A stretch of DNA of 64,000 bases from Tubulanus polymorphus (Eukaryota; Animalia; Nemertea): assembly GCF_964204645.1 (NCBI RefSeq), contig NC_134029.1:16424950-16488949 (forward strand), read 5' to 3'. Both the position numbers and the translations under genes were made by a program. The notes beneath the pieces are model-generated. The model did no database searches and was not told the origin of the DNA. It worked only from the letters and a program-made list of their open reading frames with translations. Shown here piece by piece: positions 1 to 12,200 of the stretch (the first letter of the stretch is position 1; each line of letters starts with the position of its first letter).

Positions 1-1493
1 ATCGCAGTGAGTCACAAGCCGTCGCAAGGCCGACCTACGCCCGGCTTAAGTCATAGGAATTAATGAAATACCAGTTTCATTTATGATGAAAAAACTCTAA
101 TGAAAAGTCTGGCTTATAAAGCTGTCTGTTCAGACGAAATTTTCAAAAAGATCTTCATTTTTGGCAATGAAATTGATAATTGTGATTGATCGTTGCAAGT
201 CACAACCAGTTAATCACTAATTAACGTGCATTTTGATAAATCTGATTCCTCTTTTACAGTGAACTTAGCTTTAACCTAGTAGAGGCTACTAGCCTATGTA
301 GGCCTATGTATATGCGTAGGCCTAACATCAGGACAGATTGGTTGTAGGCCTATTGAATAACAACCCTCCTAAATATCGTAAATTTTGTTTTGAAGTTCAA
401 TCCAATGAGTCCGTTAATAAGCGCAACAATTATACTGTGTTTGTTTGAGACAGTAAAGCTCAGTACCGGTAGGCCTAAAGCCGGGTAAAACTCGATAAAC
501 ACTTCAAGTGACACAGCGAACGATCTCCTTTCCCCCACAGCGAACGCTTACTCCTAATGTCAAGTGTGAGTCCAGCATACGGAAAGGAGTTTGTTATATA
601 CTTGTATTTAGTAAATACCTTGTGCATTTGACAATGATCGGTATGTACTGTAGGAAATATAGAGTATTGATGGTATTGATATAGAGGCTGAAGCCCGCGG
701 CCGAATAAAGTAATATATTCTTTTATTTTGATACCTCGTCGACATAACAGCTTTTCTCCGCTATCTCTTCGGCGTGTTTAGTTTAGGCCTACGACTCCCC
801 GGTACACTTATGATTTATCTTTATACATGGTTAATTTGATAAAGAAAAATAGGTATTGCTAAACTAACTGCTTGAAGCCCGCGGCCAAATCACTGGTAGT
901 AATAAATTAATTTGTACTCAATTTGATTCTCATGATGAGGAGAATTTCGCAGCTGATCCCCGGAACGACGATGTAGTGACACACGTCGATTTGTCGATGT
1001 TTACGGCTTGACAGTGCTTTTAAAATCAAAAGTAGTAAATTTCCTGTGTATCGGTAATATGATTTGATGAGGAAAATGGGCTATTGTTAAAGTTAGTTTT
1101 TAAAAACCGCGCCAGAATGTGCAATCTTTTGGTAATAAATTTGTTTATTTATGCTTGAATTGATAATCGATGTGACAAGAAACGTGCGGTAGATTTCCGA
1201 AAGACGACTTAGAAAAACATGTCGGCTCTTTGAATGGGGCTCAATTTTCGATGTTTACGGCCCGACAGTGCTTTTGTAACGATTATTCTTCAAAATACGC
1301 ATGGAGTATTTGTAGATCGAAGTGAGCTGAATGATATCAGACGGATTGTATCGGCAACAGCGGTAATGTAAATAAGCCTATGTACTTTTGACAAAAAAAG
1401 TGTGGAAAAAAATAATAATAATAATAATAATAAGAAGAAGAAACACGCGAATCTCAATAGGGTTTTCTGTGATGTAACAGAAAACCCTAATAA
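1..1493 (-). mobile_element. Helentron-type non-autonomous element (family C), with nested Harbinger MITE end at 1-46
   Basis: Reverse-complement copy of 62078-63568. Terminal hairpin TAGGGTTTTCTG-N8-CAGAAAACCCTA next to an (AAT)n microsatellite. Confidence 0.7.
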
Positions 1494-1894
1494 AAATTCA
1501 TGTTCATTCTCTTAACAGTAGTTGACACAATCGATCAGCTATTTTATCCCACCGAACACCAGTACGTGCTGCCATCTGGTATTGCTATATAAACTAACAA
1601 ATGATATATAAATTCTGCAGCTCTTTCTTACCCGTGAAAGAAAATACCAGCACGAATTAAAACTATAGGCCTAGGCCTACCCTGTTTTGAAAATCACCCT
1701 GAAAAATTGGATATTTTGTCTGAGCTTGAAAATAAAGGTTTAAGTTGAAATAGAGATTTAATATATAAAAACACATTTGCTTCATGTGGGACTCGAATCA
1801 ACACTTGATTCAAAGTCATATTACGTCGTTTTTTCATTTAGATTTTCTGTCAAAATATTCTTTAAATCGATCTTAGAGCATCTAAAATTCAAAA

Positions 1895-2543
1895 ATGTTG
1901 AACTTGTTAGCATGATACAATGACAGCCTTCTTAGGCTATTCTTGACGGATTTTCATGAAACTCGGTGTAAGAGATGTCCACCTCTTTTGGAGGCTATCG
2001 GCATCCAAGTATGGCCACCAGGGCAACCCCTTGAATTTCTTGTTAGCACTTTGCCGTTTAAATTCTTGTTGGATTTCTTAGATTTTTCGTGAAACTTAAT
2101 AAGATTGAGGCCGGATATCAGATATGGCTGCCAGGACAGCCTGCTTGAATTTTCTTGTTAGCACGATACAACCTATAATTCTTAAAAGGATTTTCATAAA
2201 ACTTGGTGTGAGGGTTGGGGCAGGTAAGCTGCACCCCTATCGAAAATAGAGGTCATCAGCCATTAAATATGGTCGCCAGGGCAGCCATCTTGATTTTCTT
2301 GTTAGCACGATGCAACCTGCAATATCTGATGGATATCCATGAAACTTGATTTGAGAGTATTAAAAGACATGTTAATCCTTTCTTGACTTTTACCAATGAT
2401 TCCTGCTAAGTCAAGGAACAATTAATTAGGTAAACTCACCTTTTTGAGGTATGCATATGTTTGTTACCTGTCTTCAATTTTTTGCTTCATTCCTGTTTGC
2501 TTACCCGGGGGACACATGTAGGGCATTGCCACATTCTAGTTTA
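1895..2543 (+). mobile_element. Degenerate HINE/DINE-like element (family D)
   Basis: Imperfect tandem units containing ATATGGCCGCCAGG..GCCATCTTGAATTTCTTGTTAGCAC; ends in a short hairpin plus CTAGTTT. Confidence 0.55.
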
Positions 2544-3201
2544 TTTAGTGTTTATTGATTCATTTCAATGATGTGCTGATAACAGTTGCCATTTTATGAA
2601 TGGTAGCAGAACTATTTGAAATGTGTTGCCGTAGTTATTTGTAATGCTGGTCATAGAGTGAAAAATGCGAAAATGGTATGAGAACAATTAGTAACAAACT
2701 CTTCTTGGCTATATGTACGGTTCTTAGATACTGGATTTGTTAGATAGATATCTGGTATTTCGATAATTCTAAGTCGTAATCGTGTTAAGATATTATTATC
2801 GTCTGTGAATTAGGCATGTAATTATCAGTTTAGTACATTCTTTTGCGGGTATTATGGGTTTGACTTCGCATAGGTTTATCAGTCAGTTCATCAGTTTACC
2901 AGAGTTAGGGGCCATGCAAATGTTAGTTTTTGGTTCTACAGAAATATCGTTGATATTATACTATATTATATGCAACAGAGTGCGCAAACACAGCTGTGTA
3001 CAGTTATCAGCTCTATTGATTTCTATCAATAATAAAACGACGGGATATTTTCACATTTCACTTCTTTTTCAATGTATCACATGTAGGGATGTAATGAGGA
3101 TGATCAATTGAGAGATAACTAAAGCCCGTCATAATTGAATTCAGTCTTTCTATGTTTATCCGTCTCAACTTATTCATTTCAATTCGTTATTCTGTTTCAT
3201 C

Positions 3202-6200
3202 ATGTTCAATCTATTTCGTAAATCTGTGGAACATTATGAGAACTACCCCTATCATCCGTTAAAGGTACGTTAGACATCATTGTTCATTTAGATATAATCA
3301 GATCTTTTTGTTTCTGAAAATGATTAAGTCCCAACAGGCAATACATTTTTATTATTCAAATAAATGAATGGATATTAGATATTGACATGTAATGCTGATT
3401 TGGTTGCCATGTGTACTACATTCTGTTTCTCAATTCAATAATCCCTATTATCAGCTTAAGCTGCATCAAGTTAAGTCTGGTTCTGATTCCAGTCCCTTTG
3501 TAGCTCAATAATACGGTTGTGGACTATAATGTAGGCCTAAAGGGACTAGTGTTATCTATAGAATTAGTGTATGTTAAGGCCATCAGTTGCTTGACAGTAC
3601 ACTTACTTGAAACTATTGTGACATATGAATGTAGGTAAAAATGTCCCGGGAAATAATGTCCCAGGAAAAAATGTCCAAGAAAATATGTCCCCGGAAAAAA
3701 TGTCCCATAAGGTAGAAAAATGTCCAAGTCTATCATTACTCATTTAGTAAATTTCACATCAACATAACAACAGAGAACGCGCTTGGTAATTGTGTAAATT
3801 GCACAATAACCATGAAAAATAATTCATTGAGTGACCATGAGAATTATAGGCCTAAAGTTTGGCAATGATTAATTTTGGCTATTGAGAACTCATTACCTGA
3901 TATTTCAAATTTAAGAAGATTTTGAATTTATAATACAAATGATTAAATCAATCTAGAGCCATTATTTGTTACAAAAATGTTAAAATTGTAATTAAAATCT
4001 ATTACCAAGATTGTAATGATAGACTGGGACATTTTTACCGGGGGATATATTTTCCAGGACATTTTTTCCAGGGAAATTTTTACCATATACCGTGACATAG
4101 GCCTATAGGCTTCTTGGATTCAACCTACTTGAATAGCACATGTTCGGTGCTTAGTTCAAATATATTGCGGTTTGTCGCAAATTAATAGGAGAAACACAAT
4201 ATTTGTTGCTATGAAACGTTCTTAGAAAATCGCCAAGTGGGGATTTTTACCTACCCTTTGAATGTTTACCTACAGCGGATGTTTTTGGGGCATTTTTACC
4301 TACATTAGGTATGCAGCATTTTAAGTTATATCATATTCAATTTCTACCCACATTCTGTATTACAATCTCTGTTGAAGGTGGTTCTGCTTGATGAATCTAT
4401 AGCCAGTTGATTTCCAAAGCTTCAATGAACCCAGGTCAAAACAGGGGAAACTGCAAATCTATCTGTGTGACATATGCACCAAAATATTGATAGTGTGTTT
4501 TCTCAGCTGCAAGGTGATTTTTATTTGCTATCCATTGTCACATGAAAATCTATACATAAGTCTGAATCGCTGAGTGTAGGAAATTCAACATTGTAAGATA
4601 TTTACAAAATTCACAAAACAAATTTTGCAACATTTACAAGAATACTTAAAAATAGAACATTATATAACTTCAAGTTTTAGATTGATAAGGACTATATGTT
4701 GTAATAGAATCAATAATTGCAGTTAATTAGACTGCCTAAAAGTATACTTTGATTCACGTGTCCTTGAAATAAGTCTAACAATCGCAAAGCCGAAAACATA
4801 AAATACGTTAAAATTTATTATTAAAAATTCAAATTTTTGGTTTTTAACTGAAAAACATTTTCAAGGAATTCCCTTTGGCTTCGAGACTTTTCTCTTCTTT
4901 GATGCATTGCGTAGTTAAACCTAGTCATCAAGTGTCCCTAAAAGTTTTGACTGGGGCATACAGAGCCTAGAACATGTAATGGGCAATTTATTTGTTCTAA
5001 ATGTTCAGACATGCCCTAAGATATTGATAACACCTGGGCTTGGGTAGTCTATCGAGGAGCCTAGTATATAATACAGATATTTATGTGGGTTAATAAGAGA
5101 TACCGGTATACATACATCAAGTGTAGTGTAGTATGTTATGTACAGTGTATGCAATGTGGCCTACGTGATAATGCTCTTTCTATTATACGTACCAGTATAC
5201 ACCCTAAATATGGATTTGCGAATTAAATTCAGTAATCTGAAAATACTTGATAATGGTTATAAATTGGTGAGTAGGAGTACCCAAGCTATAGCTAGGTTGT
5301 TAGTTAAGGGGTTTGTTTGCTTTTACAGGCTGAGCCCAGTTTCATGGACTAAGCAGTATATGAAAACAATCTGCAATGATACCCTAACCCCTAAGTTCTA
5401 TAAAACTGGCCCTAGGAGCTATCTATTGTTTATTGTTGTTACATCAAGCTGTCATTAAGTAATTATTGAAGTTGTTCCTAGGTGTCACTGGAAGACAATG
5501 AATGTGTAACCGAAAATGATAAGCTTGAAACGACTAATGAGGCTGGATCCATGGTAAAGGTGAGTCGTCACTTTTAGATGAAACAAGAAATTGATCTTGA
5601 ACAGGTCCCTCCCAGATAGGATTTTCGGCATGCCGGTTGGAGTATTAAGTAAACCAATAGACCTATTAATGTTCCACTTAGGTCGAGGCACCAGTAATGC
5701 ATGAATGTAGGTAAAAATGTCCCAAGAAATCATGTCCCCGGAAAAAATGTCCCATAAGGTAGAAAAAAATATCTCGCTCTATCATTACTTATTTAGTAAA
5801 TCTCACATCAAAATAACATCAAACAACAAACTTGTGTAAATTGCACACTAACCACAAAAAAGAATTAATAATTGAATAACCATGAGAATTATAGGTCTAG
5901 AATTTTGGCATTGATTTATTTTGCCTATTTAGAACATGTGAATTGATTACTTCAATGATACTTCAAATTTATTTTATAATACAAATAATTAAATCAAAGA
6001 AGAGCCATTATTTGTAATCAAATGTAAAAACTAATTTAAATGTATTACTAAGTTGGTTCTCTGGTGTTATTATGATGTGAAATTAACTACATTACCAAGT
6101 TCACAAGTAATGATAGACTGGGACATTTTTTCTGGCGACATATTTTCCGGGACATTTTTACCATAAACCATAATGCATCCATCAGGGTATGCAGTCATCC

Positions 6201-9200
6201 CGATTGAATCCAGTTTCATCATATTGAGTTTTGCATGAGGTTGCAGTTCCGTAGACAGAATCCAGTTATTTTGGGAAGTCTTCATATTTGGTTTATACAT
6301 GTAAAATGAATGGACGATCCTTTATTCTCGTCCGATTCCACGACAAGAAAGGTGCACTTTTGTGCTGGCCGACCAGTTGATACCGTGCATATTTTGTAGA
6401 GAGACTATTAAAGAGGTGTGCTCTCTATCGGAAGCAATCCTTTGTCAAACGTCTCTTAACATCCGAATCCAGACGAGGAGAATCCTAACTATAGTTTATT
6501 TTCAATGATCTGACGTGAATATTATTATTCATTTTATGTATGTCAAAGCTTGCGACTCGCAAGTCGGCCTTTTCGCTATAATATCCGGAGCTCACGACTA
6601 GCAGGTCGGCCCTTGTCAGTTTCGGAACTTATTCTGAACTCCACTATTCTCAAAAATGTTTATTAGATATTTATAAGTGGTGACTAGAGTGTTGAAATAA
6701 GCGTTAAACTGACATGAGAGAGCGCCAAACTTACAATTTATTATCGCATTGTATCGTTCTTGCAAACCAACGGAAGGCTTTTTTAAACGTAGTACTAGGT
6801 TGCCGCGGTGTTTCGCTTTTAAGTCGCTAGACGTTGCTAGCCAAATTGTTCAGCGCGCATCGGTAATAACAGTTCGCAGTTCATATTGTTTTGTCATATA
6901 GCGTTTGTCGATGCGCGATTTGAAACAGTATTTACTTCTTGCCAATACTATTTCTTCTGTAAGATTGTTCCATTGGTTGACCACTCTTAGGCTAAAGAAG
7001 TTTTTCCTCAAATTCTTTCTTGATCTGGTCTTTGAAAGTTTCAGTGAGTGGTCTCTGGTTCTTCCGCCGTTGTTCCGTGGAGTAGATTTCCTGTTTCGAC
7101 TCTATATTGTCCATTTAAGTGATTATACACGGTGATCATATCGCCACGTACTCTGCGATAACTGAGAGACGGTATTGTCAGGACCTTCAACCTGTCTCTA
7201 TATGGAAGTGAGGTGACAAGATAAAAAACCCACTTTACAAATTAAAAGAAATCTAGAATCAAGAATTTATTTATTGGAACAATCTAAGATGTAAAAACAC
7301 GACGTTTAGATCTCACCCTAGAGTTCAGTTTCTCCAATGTAAATTTTATCGCAGCCAAAACAAGGAATTTTGTAAACTCTGCAGTCCAAAGGTTTAGATT
7401 GATTGTTTTTTACCATACGTCGGCAATCGACGGCTTTTGCCGATGATGTATTAGTACATAGCCGTTGACGTATCTTTGTACCGAGGGCTTCAAAATGCCG
7501 TCTATTGAATTTCTTTAAAATGCTGTTGACAATTTCAATCACTGACACCAGATTTTAAAATCAAAATTCTGTAAAAATTCTGAGAAGTTTGACATGAAAT
7601 CGAAAGTTACAGCGGCTGATGCCTTAACTGTATGCCGTACGGTGCTGCCACCTTGCAAAATTCCTGTGCTAGCACCAACAACTACTATTTCCGTACAGTG
7701 CTGCCACCTAAAAAAAACTACTATAAACATGAATTTTGATCTGAATTTTAAACTTCCAATACACGGAGGCCCAATATTCATTCCTTCCGTAGTTTAATTT
7801 AATAGTTATCCACAATGCCATATTCTATCTTTGAGAAATTATAGATTATTAGAATATAACTATGTTATAAGTTCTTTCAATAATTTAGTAATCAATTATT
7901 CAATTTCAATCACTTATCATTATGAACTGACCCAACAATAATGATTTCATTTTTAGTTTTTAATTTTTACAAATATTGTTGACAATATTAAAATTGATTT
8001 GATATACATTCAAATTATTTAAGTCAAGTAACCAAATAACATTGACTCTCATATACAATTAGTTTTTAATGTTCATGGAATACATAATTAACCGGGTATT
8101 GGCACTTGCTGTGGTGAGAGCTAGACTTGCTGTGGATCGCTTCCGCCATCCACAGAAGTTTCAGATGTTTTGAAGAAAAATGCCATCGAATAATAACAAT
8201 ATCCGTGTTTCAATCAATCTTACTAGTGTCATGAACAGCTCATCGATCGGTTTTAATTTCCTGAAATTGTGACCGTTATTTCCAGTATCATTTGACCTTC
8301 CAGCTCCAAACCAGTACTTTAAATTATTCACTGCAGGACCCAAAAAATTGAATAATGCCATGAAATGTGAATATGTCAAACCGGTGAAGAAATTCATTTG
8401 AAAGTCATCATTTTTCATATCCTCGATTTTTAAGAACGCATCCGATGTATTGTTATTTTCGTTCTTAGGCACTGATGTGTTTAAATCATTCCTCTAAACA
8501 ATTGTTTCAATCTTTGCTTGCAAAGAAAATCTATCATAAACAGTCTGACATGATGTGTCACTGTAGCAGAGTCCGACACGGCATGTGCATTGTGTATCAG
8601 TTTGAGTCTCGGTATCCTTAAATAATAACATTCCGTTTGAATTTCGATCAATTTCAACACCAGACGTTCAAGGCAATTCATAAATAGTGCTTTGATCATT
8701 TGTCAGGGAATAATTAGCTAAGTTCACTAAAGCTTCAGCCGCACCCAAACGCTTTTTCTTAACTGGGGTGCTTGATTTCCGTGCAGTAGGTGCCTTACGC
8801 TTGCTTCGACAAAACACTTCCACCTAAAAGAAAAAACTTAAATAGGCCTATATGTAATTACTTTTTTATCTGAAATCAGTGTCCAACAAATTGTATTTTC
8901 TGCTATTTGTCACATTTGACAGTATCATGAGTATGAGTATGAGTATTAAGGGTCAACAATATTGTATATTACTGTAATAAAATTAAGTTTCATCATGAAA
9001 ATGTGAGAATTTACTTACTTGCTCGGGACAAGCTGTGGCGGGTACTGGGTTTTCTTCTGTAGGCCCATTTCCTCCAACAAAATGCTTCAAACAAATATAA
9101 GTGTTCCTTGTGACTTTGCCTGCATTGAAATCCTCTTTGGGCCCACAAGCCGTGATCCATCTTTCACATTTTGCTGAATTTCTTTTGCTTTTGGAAAAGG

Positions 9201-12200
9201 TATGAATTTAACTCCTTGCATATGTGGCTGGTAATCATACCTAGAATCACTGTTACAAATTCCGTAACAGCAATGTTTCATAGAGACCATAATTACAGGT
9301 CCTTAGTCATTAAGCTACAACAACTCCAATCTGTGTAAAGGCTGGCTTATGTCGACAAGCAACGCAACGCCTACCGACTCCTACCGACGCAACTGAGAGC
9401 AACTGCGATCGCAACCCAGCTTATGTTGACTGCGCTCCGATTCGCAGCAACTGAGGCCGACGAGCGGGATACGAGATCCCCCCAGTTGCTTCCCTGCTTA
9501 TGTCGGTTGCGATTACCAGCAACTGCAATGGCTCAAATGGTCACGTGATAAGCATTTTGTGGATAAATTTGAATTATTTTGAATTATTGGGAAATGTATT
9601 TCTATAAGAAAGCTATTTCTTTAAGATCTAATCTTTCTGATTCGGTTTTGAATACAATGTGCTAGCGACATTATATAAAGATGACCGCTCACACCATAAT
9701 TCTGCCAATTTCGTTTCTAGATCTTCGGTCCAGTCCTCTACCGTGCTGAAGGTTTGGTTAACATTTTGAACTACTTGAATTTGAAAGTTTATGACTAATT
9801 ACGAATGTCGACAACTAGCGGTGATAATTTGTACTATGTATATGCGGTCTCCTATTGGCTGGAACCGCTGCACTCAGTTCCGTCGCGTCGCAGATGAGCT
9901 TATGTCGGTCGCAATCAGCAGCATCTGTCCGCCAACCAGATATGGCTTGCGACGAGTCGGTAGGCGTCGGGTTGCCGTCGCAAGCCGGCTTATGTCGAAC
10001 CGATAGAGCAGCAATTGGCGGCCTTTCTTAGGCCGCTTGTTGTCGCTAATCGGCGATAAACCCAGTTGCGTCAGTAGGCGTTGCGTTGCTTGTCGACATA
10101 AGCCAGCCTTAATGCATTAGAGCTACCGAGGTTGTCTGAGCTTTACAGAAACACGTGTTGGCCTCATTCTCAGTAGTAAACAGTAGGTGCATAAATAGCT
10201 CTACAGTGGAGTGCCATTGTCTCAGCGAGTCTCTTTTTTCATTTTGTGTATATAAAATTTGTCTAATAGTCTAGATAACAAGATCCAGAGTATCACAATG
10301 TGTTCAAAACAAACAAAACAAAACTACTGCCAATCATTCTAGCAGTCGCTAGAATGATTGGCAATAAATCAATCTAGCAGTCGCTAGAATGATTGGCAGT
10401 AGTTTGGAAGGCAGCCAATTTCCTGAAAACTAAAACTAGCCCAGTATCTGAGGCACATTTTCACACAATGCACACTGACTGCAGTACATTTAAATATAAT
10501 CACTGATCACATGAGCTACTATCATTGATATCATATGAGATGTTCATATGAGATTTCATAGCCGTCGCAGGATTCATACTAACAGTCGGATGCGACGGCT
10601 TATTTTGACAGCCCTGACTCATTACTCGTGACTGACGAGGGCAGGAGGGCGGACCTACCGCAAGTGATGAGGGCACAAGGGCGAGCATGGGACACATCCG
10701 AAGGGAACAACGGTGGCTATTTTCGGGGGCGGGATCCGCCCCTCTATTTTTGGCTAGATGAAGCACTGCCCTAGCAACCCCCATTAGTATTCAGAACTAT
10801 GATGATATTAATTATCTTTCTCCAAAGTTGGTAATTACTAGATCAATAGTGTATATTCAAACCATCTCATACTGCTTGGATATGTTACTTACTTCATAAC
10901 ACATGAATCTTCCCAAGATATATCTTCAACCTGAAAATTGGGCTTTTCAGAATCAAAATGGCCGACTGGCCAAAATTAGCACATTTTTGTGGTCGTGTTG
11001 CGTAGAGGACAGAAGACCATGGGGCGGGCATTTCAACTAAAATCACTGTGATACGCAGCTACTTCTTTAATTCTTTATTTTGCAGGTAAAGCAGAAAAAT
11101 TTTATCGCTGAAAGGAAAATTAAAGATTGTATAATAAACATACTAGGAATGACATGTCATTCATGTGTTCAGAACATTGAAGATCAAATCTCTAGAAATG
11201 CAGGAATTGTACATATACGAGTTTCCCTTGAAAATAAACTGGCAACCGTTAAATACAATACTGATACAACAACAGCCGAGGAAATTCGTGATTTGATTGA
11301 TGATATGGGATTCGAAGCCTCATTGCCTGATAATGTGCATAGTGCATGGATTGGAGTGGAGGGTATGACCTGTCAATCATGCGTGAAAAATATCAACGAA
11401 AGTTTATCCTCAAAACCTGGAATAAAATCTATAGCCGTTTCATTAACTGACTCAGAAGCAGTTGTAAAATTTGATTCATCAATTATATCACCGCGAACTA
11501 TCTGTGATTATATGGATGATATAGGATTCATACCATCTCTTAAAGATACATCCAGCATCCAATGCTGTCTTCTATCCATCACTGGTATGACTTGTGGATC
11601 TTGCGTTGAAAATATCAAAGCCAATTTGTCAGTTTTCCCAGGAATAAAGACTATTTCAATATCGTTGAAGGAAAAAACAGGCTTTGTCGAGTACAATCCA
11701 GACTTCATTACCTCACAGAGAATAGCTGATGAAATAGAGGATACTGGATTTGAATCCGCTGTTATTTCTGTAACCGGTAAAATTAACAAGAAATATTCAA
11801 ATATATCGATTGATATTAGAGGAATGACGTGTAATTCTTGTGTGAAAACTATTGAAAGTTTATTGTCGGAATGTAAGGGTATAGTTACTGTTAAGGTGAC
11901 ACTGGCTGACGAAAAAGGTGATTTTACATTTGATCCTGATCTGATAACTATAAAACAGATAATTGAACATATTGAGGATATGGGATTTGAAGCATCATTA
12001 CCAGGTGAGTGATAAAATCAATTACTCCTATGTTAATCACTGCCTATATCAATTGAGTAGACTGTGTTTTAATTATATTTTATAATTAATAGGTGACACA
12101 ATAATTAATTCTGTTGTTTGATCAGTTGACATGTAATTAATGTGATGGATTAATTGTGTATCCAGATCCATCCCAACTCATTGCTTGACGCCAGCCTATC

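Noticed and set aside
2980-2986. MRE core TGCGCAC upstream of the putative ATP7 exon 1
   Set aside because: A single 7-mer is expected by chance and is not clustered.
10795-10830. Possible 36-nt phase-0 ATP7 micro-exon ([12 protein letters not shown])
   Set aside because: Weak acceptor and no homology support.
11508-11789. Antisense ORF (also 39301-39507, 53370-53558)
   Set aside because: Shadow frames opposite real exons.
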